A stretch of 64,000 nucleotides of DNA from an uncultured Arcobacter sp. (GCA_965140705.1 OZ223300.1:1952001-2016000), one strand, 5' to 3'; counted from the stretch's first letter, positions 49,453-60,127 are shown. Translations and numbers: made by a program. Notes: generated from the letters alone by a model not told the origin.

Positions 49453-50376
49453 ATGAAAAAATTACTTTTATTAATTGCATTTAGCTTGATAGCTTTTGCA
49501 CAAACACCAGAGGTACCAAAGGAATATCCAAGTGGAGAACTAGGTAGAATGGTAAAATTAGGTGAAGCTATTATGAATGAAACTAATACACACCCTCTAA
49601 CTAAAGATTTAGTAGGAAACAGCCTACAATGTAAAAGCTGTCACCTTCCCGGAAAAGATGGGAAACCTGGAACTATAACTACCGTAGGTACATTTAGAGG
49701 AACAGCTGCTTCTTTTCCTGCATTTTCAAAAAGAGAAAAAACAGTACAAACTTTACAAGACAGAATCAATAACTGTTATATGAGAAGTATGGATGGTAAA
49801 AGACCAATTATTGATACAGAAGCTTCTGTTGCTATGGCTGCTTATATAACATGGCTTTCTACTGGCTTCCCAATACAAATGGAAGAACATAGACCATGTA
49901 GTGTACTTACAAGTAAAAGATGGGCAGCAAATCAAAAAAAATTTGGAGCTATTCAAAAAAAAGCTACTCATAAAAACTATTTAGCTGGTAAAAAAATATT
50001 TGAAGCAAAATGTGCTTCATGTCACGGTATGAATGGTGAAGGTACTGGAAATTTCCCTCCATTATGGGGACAAGATAAAAATGGGAAATGGTTATCTTAT
50101 AATACAGGTGCTGGTATGAGTAAACTTAACAAAGCTCCAGCTTGGATTCAAGAAAATATGCCATTTGGTCAAGGTGGAACATTAAGTGATCAAGAAGCTG
50201 CAGATGTAGCACTTTATGTTGACGCACAACCAAGAGCTAGTTTCAGTTTAAAAGACCATTTACTTCCAAAAGAAGAAATGGGGCATTATAATTCAAAAGT
50301 ACATGAAGAAAAACACTCTGTTGAATCAAATTTCAAAGACTTTGGACTTGATTTAGCAAAAATCAAAGGGGAGTAA
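49453..50376 (+). CDS. tsdA: Diheme c-type cytochrome, thiosulfate dehydrogenase/tetrathionate reductase
   Basis: Signal peptide, CKSCH and CASCH, RINNCYMRSM active-site Cys, PPLWG..SYNTGAGM and NMP. Confidence 0.85.
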   Translation: MKKLLLLIAFSLIAFAQTPEVPKEYPSGELGRMVKLGEAIMNETNTHPLTKDLVGNSLQCKSCHLPGKDGKPGTITTVGTFRGTAASFPAFSKREKTVQTLQDRINNCYMRSMDGKRPIIDTEASVAMAAYITWLSTGFPIQMEEHRPCSVLTSKRWAANQKKFGAIQKKATHKNYLAGKKIFEAKCASCHGMNGEGTGNFPPLWGQDKNGKWLSYNTGAGMSKLNKAPAWIQENMPFGQGGTLSDQEAADVALYVDAQPRASFSLKDHLLPKEEMGHYNSKVHEEKHSVESNFKDFGLDLAKIKGE

Positions 50377-50385
50377 TATCTCCAC

Positions 50386-50412
50386 TAGACACAAAGTTTT
50401 TCTTTGTGTCTA
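50386..50412 (+). terminator. Hairpin terminator after tsdA
   Basis: TAGACACAAAG-N5-CTTTGTGTCTA. Confidence 0.6.
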
Positions 50413-50505
50413 TCCTCTTATAATTTTCCCTCAACTTTTCCCTATTTTAAATCTATATATTAACTCTTAATTCTTACATTTTTTCTAAAATATTTATTTT
50501 AATGC

Positions 50506-50532
50506 AATTTACTTTGTATTACAAAGTAAATT
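50506..50532. promoter_or_regulatory. Palindromic operator upstream of padR
   Basis: AATTTACTTTGT-ATT-ACAAAGTAAATT, a perfect 12-bp IR about 30 bp before the ATG. Confidence 0.6.
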
Positions 50533-50564
50533 ATGATACAATTATACTTGCATAAGGAGAAAAC

Positions 50565-50906
50565 ATGGAAGATGATTATAAAAAGTGGTTAACTCAGTTT
50601 AGAAAAGGTTATATAGAACTCTGCACTCTTATGGCTTTAAAAACAAAAGGAAGCATGCATGGAATAGCACTTATTCGTTTTTTTGAAGATATGGATTTAC
50701 AAGTAAATGAAGGAACACTCTATCCTTTATTAAATAGAATGGAACAAAACGGATGGTTAGAATCCACTTGGAATATGCCAACAACTAGTGGACATCCCAA
50801 AAGAGAATACATAATAAGTAAAAAAGGTGAAATAATTCTACCAAAATTAGTAGAGACTTATGATTTACATCATGAAAGCATAAAAAAAATAAAGGAGATA
50901 AAATAA
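50565..50906 (+). CDS. PadR-family transcriptional regulator
   Basis: QFRKG, EGTLYPLL.R.E..GW and R..Y.I...G. Confidence 0.9.
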   Translation: MEDDYKKWLTQFRKGYIELCTLMALKTKGSMHGIALIRFFEDMDLQVNEGTLYPLLNRMEQNGWLESTWNMPTTSGHPKREYIISKKGEIILPKLVETYDLHHESIKKIKEIK

Positions 50907-51670
50907 TGAATACTCAAGATTACATAAAAGAATTAAGAAAACAATTATCAGGACTTGATAATGACAAAACAAAAAATATAATAAAAGAGATTGAAAGTTA
51001 TATTGAAGAAAGCAATGCAACATATGAAATTATAGTTGAACGATTTGGTACTCCAGCACAATTAGCAGAAGGTTATTTAGAAGATATGCCAACAACAAAT
51101 AAAAGAGATAAAAATCGAAGCATAATAAAAAGAACTCTTCTAATTATGTTAGTCTTTTTTTTACTAGCCATAGCAATCATACTATTTGTATTTTATAAAA
51201 TGACTCAAGATCCTTTTGATTATAGTAAATACACAGCAACAAGCGTTGAACAAAAACTAAAATCTCCATGGGTAACTATTGATAATACTATTAATAAAAT
51301 CAATATAAATCAATCACAATCAGTAATTTATTGGAGCAATGATAATAAAGTACAAATAAGTTGTAAAAGTAATAACTATAAACAAGAAGAAAATACTTTG
51401 TTTATAAAACAATCAAGATGTATTATAAAAGTGCCAAAACAAAATCTTGATTTGAAAATATTACAAGCAAAAGTAGTATTAGTTACTCCTACAAAAGAGC
51501 TTAATATTAATGCAGAACAATCACATATTTCAATTGTAGAAAAAAACAATCAATATAATTATTCTATTATAAAAAAACAAAGTGATATAAATAATCTTAA
51601 ATCAAAAGAAAGTGGAATATTGATAAAAGGAACTCTTTATCAAAGTGACTTTGATTTATACAAATATTAA
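50906..51670 (+). CDS. HAAS/DUF1700-type membrane protein (PadR partner)
   Basis: YIKEL...L...IIKEIESYI...FGTPAQLA, then a TM helix and an extracytoplasmic domain. Confidence 0.75.
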   Translation: MNTQDYIKELRKQLSGLDNDKTKNIIKEIESYIEESNATYEIIVERFGTPAQLAEGYLEDMPTTNKRDKNRSIIKRTLLIMLVFFLLAIAIILFVFYKMTQDPFDYSKYTATSVEQKLKSPWVTIDNTINKININQSQSVIYWSNDNKVQISCKSNNYKQEENTLFIKQSRCIIKVPKQNLDLKILQAKVVLVTPTKELNINAEQSHISIVEKNNQYNYSIIKKQSDINNLKSKESGILIKGTLYQSDFDLYKY

Positions 51671-51678
51671 TATAAACA

Positions 51679-51709
51679 TATATTCAAGTAATCATTTTAC
51701 TTGAATATA
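51679..51709. terminator. Bidirectional hairpin terminator
   Basis: TATATTCAAGTAA/TTACTTGAATATA between convergent genes. Confidence 0.55.
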
Positions 51710-51724
51710 CTATTTTTAAACTTC

Positions 51725-52354
51725 TTACTTATTGGCATCAAAAAGAAGTTTTAATCCTACTACTGAAAAAGTAACTCCTACAAGAGTATCAATATATTTT
51801 TTAAAGTTAAAATACTTATTAACAACTTTTTCATTGGAAAACATAAAAGCATAACCAACAAATACAACTATCCCAAAAGGCAAACAAAGTAATACAGGGA
51901 AATATATTGACATACTGTTTTGTTCATTTGGTAGGGCTATTGCAATTATTGCAATCCACACTGCAATTGCTTTTGGATTTAATAAATGCATCATTATGCC
52001 TGAGAAAAAATATTTTTTATGAGAATTCTTAGACTCTTTTATTTCAATTTTCTTATACTCTTTTTTTAAAAGCATTTTAAAAGAGTTATATGCCAGATAA
52101 AGAAAATACAAACCACCTAAAATTTTTAAAATATATAAAATATCAGAATATTTATTGAGAAGTGGTTGTAAACCAGAAGCTGCACAAATTCCCCAAAAAA
52201 AAGAGCCAAGAGTTACTCCAAGAGCAAAATAAACCCCTGCTTTTCTTCCTGCATATATTGAAGTTTGAGCAATAGCAAGATTGCTAGGTCCAGGACTTGC
52301 AATACCCAAAATATAAATAAACAGTGCAATTATAATATTAGAAAAAATTTCCAT
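51725..52354 (-). CDS. LysE/RhtB-family exporter
   Basis: SPGP, GG.Y..YL and LLNPKA. Confidence 0.9.
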   Translation of the reverse strand: MEIFSNIIIALFIYILGIASPGPSNLAIAQTSIYAGRKAGVYFALGVTLGSFFWGICAASGLQPLLNKYSDILYILKILGGLYFLYLAYNSFKMLLKKEYKKIEIKESKNSHKKYFFSGIMMHLLNPKAIAVWIAIIAIALPNEQNSMSIYFPVLLCLPFGIVVFVGYAFMFSNEKVVNKYFNFKKYIDTLVGVTFSVVGLKLLFDANK

Positions 52355-52365
52355 ATAAATATCTC

Positions 52366-52830
52366 CTAGAATAAAAACTCTCTCAAAGCTTTTCGTGAAG
52401 CTTTATCAACTAAGTTAAAAAGTCTATCAATATCATCTTTTTGGCTTGAACTCTTATGACCTTTTACTTTTACAAATTTACAATGTGTTTTATCACATAT
52501 TTCAAAAAACTCTTTATAAAGCTCTTTATTTTTTATCTCTTTTCCCGTACTACTTTTATAAAAATTCTTTTCTAGCTTTTCTCTTCTATTTTCTAAACCT
52601 AAAATATTTTGGCAATCAGTATAAATAATTATATCATTACTTATAATTTTTTCATCTTCTAAAGCCCAAAGAAAAACTTCTAATTCTAACTTTGTAGAAG
52701 AAGTATTTTCAAACTTTTTGAGTCTAATATTTTGTGTATTTAAAGTCTCATCATAAATAAAATAAGCCCCAAAGCCTATTTTTGATTGGGGATTTACACT
52801 TCCATCACAAAATAGTTTTAAAGAACTCAT
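52366..52830 (-). CDS. Ribonuclease H (RNase HI-like)
   Basis: DGS, ELE, YTD, KVKGH and VD..SR acidic/His catalytic pattern. Confidence 0.85.
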   Translation of the reverse strand: MSSLKLFCDGSVNPQSKIGFGAYFIYDETLNTQNIRLKKFENTSSTKLELEVFLWALEDEKIISNDIIIYTDCQNILGLENRREKLEKNFYKSSTGKEIKNKELYKEFFEICDKTHCKFVKVKGHKSSSQKDDIDRLFNLVDKASRKALREFLF

Positions 52831-53378
52831 CTAAAAAAAAGAGTTATTTTTCTAAAATATCTTTCAACCTCATCAAAACTATGACTTCCACCTTGTTCAA
52901 TTATAAGTTCTGCTTCTGGTAACTTTTCAACGGCATCATTGAAATCCAAAACCTCATCATCTTCTTGAAGTAATACCATAAAATTAGATTGTTCATTTAT
53001 CTCTTTTACTTCGATTGATTTTAAGTATGTCAAATGCTCTTTTATAACTTCAAAACTTGAATAATCATAATAATTTGTAGCTGTTCCTATTTTATCTAAA
53101 GTCTCATAGGCATAAACAGCAGGGTTTATTAAAACTGCTTTTAAATCATACTTATTAGCCAAATAAATAGCATAATATCCACCTAAAGAAGAGCCTACTA
53201 AATAAACTTCTTGCTCTAAGCTAAGATAAGATTCAATAAGTTGCTCTAAAGTATTAATAGCAAGTGAGGGAACATATGAAAGTGAAGGAGCTATCAACTC
53301 TTCGTCAAAATATTCTTTAAAAAGTGCTGCCTTATCACCAAGTCCAGATGAGGCAAAACCGTGTATATATATAATCAT
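52827..53378 (-). CDS. YqiA-like esterase
   Basis: YIHGF.SS, GSSLGG, LINPAV, DEVLD and GGSHSF. Confidence 0.9.
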   Translation of the reverse strand: MIIYIHGFASSGLGDKAALFKEYFDEELIAPSLSYVPSLAINTLEQLIESYLSLEQEVYLVGSSLGGYYAIYLANKYDLKAVLINPAVYAYETLDKIGTATNYYDYSSFEVIKEHLTYLKSIEVKEINEQSNFMVLLQEDDEVLDFNDAVEKLPEAELIIEQGGSHSFDEVERYFRKITLFFR

Positions 53379-53467
53379 TTCTACTCTTTTTAATTGTTTT
53401 AGCGTATTTTATATGATTTGTACTTAAGCTCTATTTGAAGTTTAGAATTAAATATCTCTGTTAGATA

Positions 53468-53495
53468 AATAGTATGACTAAAAAGTCATACTATT
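53468..53495 (-). terminator. Hairpin terminator after MCP
   Basis: AATAGTATGACT-AAAA-AGTCATACTATT. Confidence 0.6.
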
Positions 53496-55410
53496 AGAAT
53501 TTAGATTTTTGTACTTCTTCTACGACTTTATCAGCCATCCTATGTACACTTTTTACTACTTCATTTATCTCAGAAGCGATTGCAGCATTTTCTTGTGTTG
53601 TTTTATCTAGTTGTCCCACTGCTGAGTTTATTTGTTCAACTCCTATCATCTGTTCTTTTGCATTTGTTGTAACAGTATCAACAATAGAGGTAGTATTTAT
53701 TATATTATCATTTAGTTTTTCATAACCTTCATACATAATATTTACTATATTTTTACCTTCAATAGAACTTTGAGTTGCACTTTCAACTAAATCTTTTATC
53801 TCTTTTGCAGCTTCTGCACTTCTCGTTGCTAAGTTTCGTACTTCCCCTGCAACTACTGCAAACCCTTTTCCTGCCTCTCCTGCAGTTGCTGCTTCTACTG
53901 CTGCATTTAGACTTAAAATATTTGTTTGAAATGCAATTTGATCTATTATTGCAATAGATTCAATTATTGCATGTACATTATCATTTATTTGTTCCATTGA
54001 GTTACTTGTTTTTTTAGATAACTCTTTACCTTTGTTTACTTCATCTCTTAGGGATATAGAATTAGAAGATAATTCGTTTATATTATTTGAGTTTGCTCTC
54101 ATAGTCTCAGTTATCTCTTCTAATGCTGCTGCTGTCTCTTCTAAACTTGCAGCTTGTTCATTTGCACTAACAGTCAATCTATTCATATTTGAAGTAAGAT
54201 TATTTGCATTTTTATCTAGTATTTCTGAATTCTCAAGATTTGTTCTTAACATCATAGATATCTCTTGTCCAAGTTTATTAACTCCACTTGTTAATGAACA
54301 TAGTTCACCCTTGCATGAAATAGTTGTTTGCTTAGTAAAGTCTCTACTCTCGTATGATTTTAAGACATCAATTGTATGATTGATAGTATTATAAAGACTT
54401 CCAATCATAATATTTAAATCTTCTGTCAATTCATTTATTACTGCATTTGTAGTTTTTGCTTCTACTTTCTTAGTCAATATCCCAGAACTTACATCATTTA
54501 CTACTTTTGTAACATCTTCGATAACTTTTTCATCTTGTTCTATTGTTTCTTTTACCTTTACAATATTTTCATTGATTCTTTTAGTCATAAGACCTATTTC
54601 ATCTTTAGTTGTAACTTCTATCAAACTAACATCTTTTTTCTCTTTATTTATAAATGATAGAAATGATAATAATCCCTTTTCAAAGGTATTCAATGGATTT
54701 ATTAAAGTTACTTTAGAGATAAAAGATACAACAAATACAATAACGATCAACAATACAGTAATAATAGATACTAAAGTATAAATTAAAGAGTTTACACCAC
54801 TATCTATTCTTTTTCTCTCTTTTGCAATATTTTTTTCAATATCATCAACATATATTCCTGTTACAATAGTCCAATTCAACTCTTTTACATATTTAGAAAA
54901 AGAGAGTTTTTTTACGATTTCTCCACTATTTGGTTTTTTATAAAAATATTCTACAAATTTATTATCATCATTTGCAGTATCTATTAACTCTTTTCTAAAT
55001 TGAAATCCTTTTATATCAGGTTTAGTAATATCTGTTATAGTCCCATTTAGTTTTGGATTAGTTCCATGAAATGCGAAAACATAATTATCTCCTTTTTTTT
55101 CATATGCAAAAAAGTAACCATTTCCATTTAAATATCTTGATTGAGATATAACACTTATAACTTTTCTTTTTGCTTCATCAATGGTTTTCGAATTTCCAAT
55201 TATGGCTTCAATAATCGTATATACAGTTAAAACTTCATTTTTTAAAAGTTCTTTCTTTTCATTGAGTATACTTTTTTCAAATTCTACTATTGTTTTTTCA
55301 CTATTATCATATGTTAAATTTATACTTACAATAGTTGTAATAATTACTATTAATAATACTGGTAAAATAACCAATGTTAATAATTTTCCTCTTATGCTTC
55401 TAATCACCAA
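53494..55410 (-). CDS. Methyl-accepting chemotaxis protein with single Cache domain
   Basis: 2 TM helices, GYFF...[10 protein letters not shown] and [30 protein letters not shown]. Confidence 0.95.
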   Translation of the reverse strand: MVIRSIRGKLLTLVILPVLLIVIITTIVSINLTYDNSEKTIVEFEKSILNEKKELLKNEVLTVYTIIEAIIGNSKTIDEAKRKVISVISQSRYLNGNGYFFAYEKKGDNYVFAFHGTNPKLNGTITDITKPDIKGFQFRKELIDTANDDNKFVEYFYKKPNSGEIVKKLSFSKYVKELNWTIVTGIYVDDIEKNIAKERKRIDSGVNSLIYTLVSIITVLLIVIVFVVSFISKVTLINPLNTFEKGLLSFLSFINKEKKDVSLIEVTTKDEIGLMTKRINENIVKVKETIEQDEKVIEDVTKVVNDVSSGILTKKVEAKTTNAVINELTEDLNIMIGSLYNTINHTIDVLKSYESRDFTKQTTISCKGELCSLTSGVNKLGQEISMMLRTNLENSEILDKNANNLTSNMNRLTVSANEQAASLEETAAALEEITETMRANSNNINELSSNSISLRDEVNKGKELSKKTSNSMEQINDNVHAIIESIAIIDQIAFQTNILSLNAAVEAATAGEAGKGFAVVAGEVRNLATRSAEAAKEIKDLVESATQSSIEGKNIVNIMYEGYEKLNDNIINTTSIVDTVTTNAKEQMIGVEQINSAVGQLDKTTQENAAIASEINEVVKSVHRMADKVVEEVQKSKF

Positions 55411-55572
55411 AAACTCCTAATTTTCAATATTATATTTTTCTTAAATAATAAATATAATAATATTATTAATATTAAGGCAAGATAAACAAATAATTAAAGA
55501 ATTGCATTATTTAGTAATTAAACATAAATAGTATAGAATCTACTCACTATTGAAAATTCAAAGGAAAAAGAG

Positions 55573-56439
55573 ATGAAATACCACCTATCAAATAACTATA
55601 TAGAAGTTTCAATTAAGAGTTTAGGTGCAGAACTTTGTAGTTTAAAAAAAAAAGATAACTCCTTAGAATACATTTGGCAAGGAGACAAAAAGTATTGGAA
55701 CCGTCATGCTCCTATTTTATTTCCTTTTGTGGGGAAGTTATTAGATGATGAATATATTTATGATAATAAAACTTACAAAATGGGACAACATGGATTTGCT
55801 AGAGATAAGGTATTTGAAGTTTTTACTAAAGAAGATGATTATATTTGCTTCAAACTTGAAAGCACAGAAGAAACGCTTGAAATCTATCCTTTTGAATTTG
55901 AATTATATCTAAGCTATAAATTAATAAAAAACTCTCTTGAAATATCATATAAAGTGGTAAATAAATCTAAAAATATAATGTACTTCTCAATAGGTGCCCA
56001 CCCTGCTTTTAATTGGTCTTTAGAAAAAGAAGATAAAGCTGATTATTATTTAGAGTTTGAAAATACAAAAAACCTAGAGAGATTACCTTTGACTATAAAT
56101 GGTATATCTAATAAAAAAGAGACAATAAATTTAGAAAATGACAAATTAGCTTTAAGTGAAGAACTTTTTAAAGATGATGCTCTAGTTTTGCAAAACTTAA
56201 CAAATAAAACAATAACACTTAAAAACTCAAGAGATGATAAAAAAATAAAGATGTCATTTGAAGGTTTTCCTTATCTTGGTATTTGGTCAAAACCAAGTGG
56301 TGCACCTTTTATTTGTATAGAGCCTTGGTATGGGATTGCTGATTTTATAGGTCACAATAAAAAACTTGAAGATAAAACAGGAATAATTTCTTTAGATAAA
56401 AATGAAGTATTTGAAAGTAGTTATACCATATCAATATAA
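55573..56439 (+). CDS. Aldose 1-epimerase family (LacX-like) protein
   Basis: GAEL.S, YIWQGD..W..HAPILFP, HGFARD, GAHPAF and FICIEPW. Confidence 0.9.
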   Translation: MKYHLSNNYIEVSIKSLGAELCSLKKKDNSLEYIWQGDKKYWNRHAPILFPFVGKLLDDEYIYDNKTYKMGQHGFARDKVFEVFTKEDDYICFKLESTEETLEIYPFEFELYLSYKLIKNSLEISYKVVNKSKNIMYFSIGAHPAFNWSLEKEDKADYYLEFENTKNLERLPLTINGISNKKETINLENDKLALSEELFKDDALVLQNLTNKTITLKNSRDDKKIKMSFEGFPYLGIWSKPSGAPFICIEPWYGIADFIGHNKKLEDKTGIISLDKNEVFESSYTISI

Positions 56440-56483
56440 CTTACACTCCAATATCTTCATCCCATAGGTATACTCTCTTATAT

Positions 56484-57404
56484 TTAGATTCTAACTTTAG
56501 CAAGATAAATAGAAGTTTTACCTTCATGTGAAGAGTAATAACTTATCCATAAGATATCATCTTCATATACCATTCCTGCATAACTCGTATCTCCACCTGA
56601 TGGTAGGGTTAAAACTTCATGTAATTCATCTTTTTTCTCATCAATCCAACATAAAGAAGTTCTTGCACTTTTATTTCCGTAAAGACGAACTGCTGCTAAA
56701 AATCTATTATGCTTTTCTACATAAATCATTTTAGGTCCCCCAATAGGAACATTTAAATCACTCCAAGACCATTCATTATATGGAAACTTAGAAAATCCAA
56801 GGGCTGATGTATAACTTTGCGAATCACGCCGTAAAAGTACATATAAATCTCCATTTTCTAAAAAGACTATTGAGCTTTCACTCCAAGAAGAGTTTTTTGT
56901 AGGGAAAAGTTTATCTTTTACTATTTTCCATTTTTTACCATCATTTGTACTATATAAACACCCAAGTTTATCTTTTCCAGTATATCCTATACTATATGCT
57001 CTCTTTTCATTCCAAGTTGTACTCCATCGCCAAGTTCCAAGACCTGTAGGACAAGTAAAAACCTCACTCCATTTTTTACCATCAATTGATAACCAAGTTA
57101 CAGAACGTGTACTTAAGCCATCAATTGACTCAACTAATCGTACTCCAGCATTTAACATTAGTTCATTTTTAGGTGTAATTGAAAATTTACCATCCCTAAC
57201 ATCACCACCATCAAATCCTAAAAGAGCAACTGAAGACCATCTTTTACCATCTTTTGATCTTATAACTCTTAGCTTTCCATCCATAGACATATGTTCATCT
57301 GCTTCTCTAAAAGTACAATACAAATATTCACCAAATCGTATCAAATCAGTAAATGCATTATGAGGTGATTTATCCCATATCTTTTTGAGTTCTAAAAATT
57401 CCAT
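56484..57404 (-). CDS. Sialidase-like Asp-box beta-propeller protein
   Basis: HNAFTDL, three S.DGK.W Asp boxes, GGP, GDTSY and YYSSHEGK. Confidence 0.8.
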   Translation of the reverse strand: MEFLELKKIWDKSPHNAFTDLIRFGEYLYCTFREADEHMSMDGKLRVIRSKDGKRWSSVALLGFDGGDVRDGKFSITPKNELMLNAGVRLVESIDGLSTRSVTWLSIDGKKWSEVFTCPTGLGTWRWSTTWNEKRAYSIGYTGKDKLGCLYSTNDGKKWKIVKDKLFPTKNSSWSESSIVFLENGDLYVLLRRDSQSYTSALGFSKFPYNEWSWSDLNVPIGGPKMIYVEKHNRFLAAVRLYGNKSARTSLCWIDEKKDELHEVLTLPSGGDTSYAGMVYEDDILWISYYSSHEGKTSIYLAKVRI

Positions 57405-57416
57405 TTAAGACTCCTT

Positions 57417-58118
57417 CTATTCATCTGTTGTATAAGTAATTTTTCTGAATTCAACTTTATCAATTTTTATATTTTTCTTATAAAAATCACTAAAGTTCTC
57501 TTTTTGAATTCGTTTATTTGTAATTGGATCTTGGGCTTGTAAATAATCTCCAAATTTCAAATATACTTTTGGGGAATCTTTTGTTTTAAATTGAACTTCT
57601 TTTTCATTTACTACGATTTTTATATTCCCAAATGAATTTCCAAAATAATAAGAAAAGATAGTATTAGCTTTAAGTGTTGTAATAGGAAGTACAACTTTCT
57701 TATTTGATTCATTTTTATATATAACATACATGTCAAATATACCATCATTGGCTTTACCATTTATAAGCTTGCTACTTTTTATATCAGCAATATAAACTAA
57801 TAACAAAGTAGAAGTATCTTTCTCATGGTACTGTGTAATTATAGTTTTAGCACCTTTATTCAAATCAAATAGAATATTTGAAAATATATTTTCATATGTT
57901 TCAAACATACTTTTTCTAAAAGTTTTTTTCTTTTTTAATTCATTTCTCCAACCATGTCCATTTTTTGATACATATTTTGAATCAATTGCGCTAAATAATA
58001 AATTCTCTTTATCCAAATAAGGACTATTGCCTTCAATATCAAAATAAGTAGACAAATCTTGTGAATAAGCAATTGAATTTACCAATAAAATGAAAGTTAT
58101 AATTATTTTCTTATACAT
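57417..58118 (-). CDS. Polysaccharide lyase family 7-like secreted protein
   Basis: Signal peptide plus RNELK, TQYH and YLKFGDYLQ, corresponding to PL7 R.ELR, QIH and YFKAG.Y.Q. Confidence 0.65.
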   Translation of the reverse strand: MYKKIIITFILLVNSIAYSQDLSTYFDIEGNSPYLDKENLLFSAIDSKYVSKNGHGWRNELKKKKTFRKSMFETYENIFSNILFDLNKGAKTIITQYHEKDTSTLLLVYIADIKSSKLINGKANDGIFDMYVIYKNESNKKVVLPITTLKANTIFSYYFGNSFGNIKIVVNEKEVQFKTKDSPKVYLKFGDYLQAQDPITNKRIQKENFSDFYKKNIKIDKVEFRKITYTTDE

Positions 58119-58119
58119 T

Positions 58120-58214
58120 TATTACCCTAGTTTTTCTGCATCGTAGCAGTAAATATTCCCACTCCAATTAGAGCAGTTCCACCAACTTGATTCAATCTTT
58201 TCTTAGCTTTATAA
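58120..58214 (-). repeat. 95-bp duplicate of the 3' end of the LysE gene at 59497-59591 (gene fragment)
   Basis: Direct alignment shows about 3 mismatches. Confidence 0.85.
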
Positions 58215-58233
58215 TTATTTAGTTTTTAATAAA

Positions 58234-58827
58234 TCAACCTATTGCTAACCAAAGTGCTGTAAGACATAGCATTAAGCCAAAAATAGTTCCTTCTACTTTT
58301 TGTACATTAGAACTAGTAACAAAACTAATAAGTACTTTTCCACCTAATATCCATATAAGATTACTTATCATAGTCAATAAAGATAGAGAAATAGTAAGAA
58401 TAATAAATTGAGTTACAGAATCATTCTTTGCTGAATAAAACTGTGAAAACATAATAATAGGAATTATTAGAAACTTTACATTTAAAAACTCTACTATAAG
58501 CCCATTTTTGAAACTCAAAGGTTCTATTTTCTCTATTTTTTTTGCAGACATTTTAAAAAACTTAAATGCTAAATACAATAAAAACAAAATTCCAATATAT
58601 TTTAATATTTCAATAAAAAGTGGATAAGCAGAAATAACATACCCAAGACCAAAACCAATAAACAAAATTTGAAAAATACAAACAATGTTTGTACCTAACC
58701 AAAAAGGAAGACTACCTTTAACACCAAAGGAGCTACCAGAGGCAGCAAACAATATATTCGCAGGACCAGGACTAAGAGCAAGTGGTACAAATATCAAAAG
58801 CCATTGAATGATTGAGTCAATATTCAT
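58234..58827 (-). CDS. LysE-family exporter
   Basis: SPGPAN, LLYLA and FLNVK, with TM helices. Confidence 0.88.
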   Translation of the reverse strand: MNIDSIIQWLLIFVPLALSPGPANILFAASGSSFGVKGSLPFWLGTNIVCIFQILFIGFGLGYVISAYPLFIEILKYIGILFLLYLAFKFFKMSAKKIEKIEPLSFKNGLIVEFLNVKFLIIPIIMFSQFYSAKNDSVTQFIILTISLSLLTMISNLIWILGGKVLISFVTSSNVQKVEGTIFGLMLCLTALWLAIG

Positions 58828-58864
58828 CTGATATGCTCCTTTTGTTATTCTTTAATAAAACAGT

Positions 58865-59314
58865 TTATTGTATGTTTTGTTTAATATAATTTTTCATTTT
58901 TAGTTTATCAAGAATTCTTTGTGCAACTTGACGACCCCATTGTTGACCAACTGCCATAGATTCTTGCATTATTGCAGGACTTGCTTTAATTAACTTTTTC
59001 CCTGCGTCTGTTTTATAAAATTTATTTATAGCTTGAATATCTTCTTCTGTTAAATGTTTTTGATAAATAGGAATTATCAATTCTGCCACTTTATCCATAT
59101 CTATTTCTTTTTCCATTTCATCCCAAAATTCTTCTGGTACATCTGGTGCAAGTCTTTTTAAATTTGGTAAAAGTTGATTCATAAATTGTTGTCCTATATT
59201 CTTAGAACCTGATAATTCAATCAATTTTCTAATACTATCTTCTTTTGCAGGACTTGCAAATAATGTAGTTCCACACAATAACATAACAACAATTATACCT
59301 ATAATTTTTTTCAT
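58865..59314 (-). CDS. DUF2059 domain secreted protein
   Basis: Signal peptide and IY.KHLTEEDI.AI..FY.TDAGKKL. Confidence 0.85.
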   Translation of the reverse strand: MKKIIGIIVVMLLCGTTLFASPAKEDSIRKLIELSGSKNIGQQFMNQLLPNLKRLAPDVPEEFWDEMEKEIDMDKVAELIIPIYQKHLTEEDIQAINKFYKTDAGKKLIKASPAIMQESMAVGQQWGRQVAQRILDKLKMKNYIKQNIQ

Positions 59315-59384
59315 TTTTTCTCCTAAGTTTGGTTAAAATAATATTATAGATTGTATTGGAAATAAACTTTGAGATAATTTACGT

Positions 59385-59490
59385 TCTCTTGAAGAGGTAA
59401 ACCTCTCCGCTTTCTTACTTTTTAGTTGTAAAAAATAAAAGAAAGCGAATACCTTTAGGTGTTTATGGAATTAAGTATCCTGTCACAGAA
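59385..59490. repeat. Minimal REP-like element (left and right termini only) abutting a degenerate GTATCCTGTC(A)CAGAA end
   Basis: TCTCTTGAAGAGGTAAACCTCT as at 14686 and 60219. AAGCGAATACCTTTAGGTGTT resembles 15230-15250. Confidence 0.7.
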
Positions 59491-59503
59491 ATTTTCTATT
59501 ACC

Positions 59504-60127
59504 CTAATTTTTATGCATCGTAGCAGTAAATATTCCCGCTCCAATTAGAGCAGTTCCACCAACTTGATTCAATCTTTTCTTAGCTTTATAACTAGTGATT
59601 TTATGTTGAATTGATCCTGCAAAAAGAGCAAAACATGTAATAGTACATAAAGTTACAGCTGAAAATGAAATCATCAAAATCAAAAATTGAGGTAAGACTT
59701 CACTTGATGTATTTACAAATTGAGGTAAAAAAGCCACAAAAAATACTATGTTTTTAGGATTTAAGGCTGTTACTATCAATGAAGATTTAAACATCTTTGA
59801 CTTTGACATATTCATTTGTTTAAATAATTGTGAATCCACACTAGGCTCTTCTTTAAAAGCTTTGATTCCTAAATAGATTAAATAAAATACCCCAATCCAC
59901 TTTAAAATAGTATATAAAACAGCAGAAGCAGCCAATATAGCTCCAAGTCCTAAAAGTGAAATAACCATTGCAATAAAATCACCAGTTAATACACCTAGAG
60001 CAAGTGGTGTAACAGATTTTTTTCCATGAGTAATTGCTTGACCGATTACAAATATAACAGTAGGACCTGGAATAATTGCAAAAATAAAAACTGTAGATAT
60101 AAAGGCAAACCAAATTTCTATTGACAT
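59504..60127 (-). CDS. LysE/RhtB-family exporter
   Basis: IPGP, YLIYLG and NPK..VFF.AFLPQF. Confidence 0.92.
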   Translation of the reverse strand: MSIEIWFAFISTVFIFAIIPGPTVIFVIGQAITHGKKSVTPLALGVLTGDFIAMVISLLGLGAILAASAVLYTILKWIGVFYLIYLGIKAFKEEPSVDSQLFKQMNMSKSKMFKSSLIVTALNPKNIVFFVAFLPQFVNTSSEVLPQFLILMISFSAVTLCTITCFALFAGSIQHKITSYKAKKRLNQVGGTALIGAGIFTATMHKN

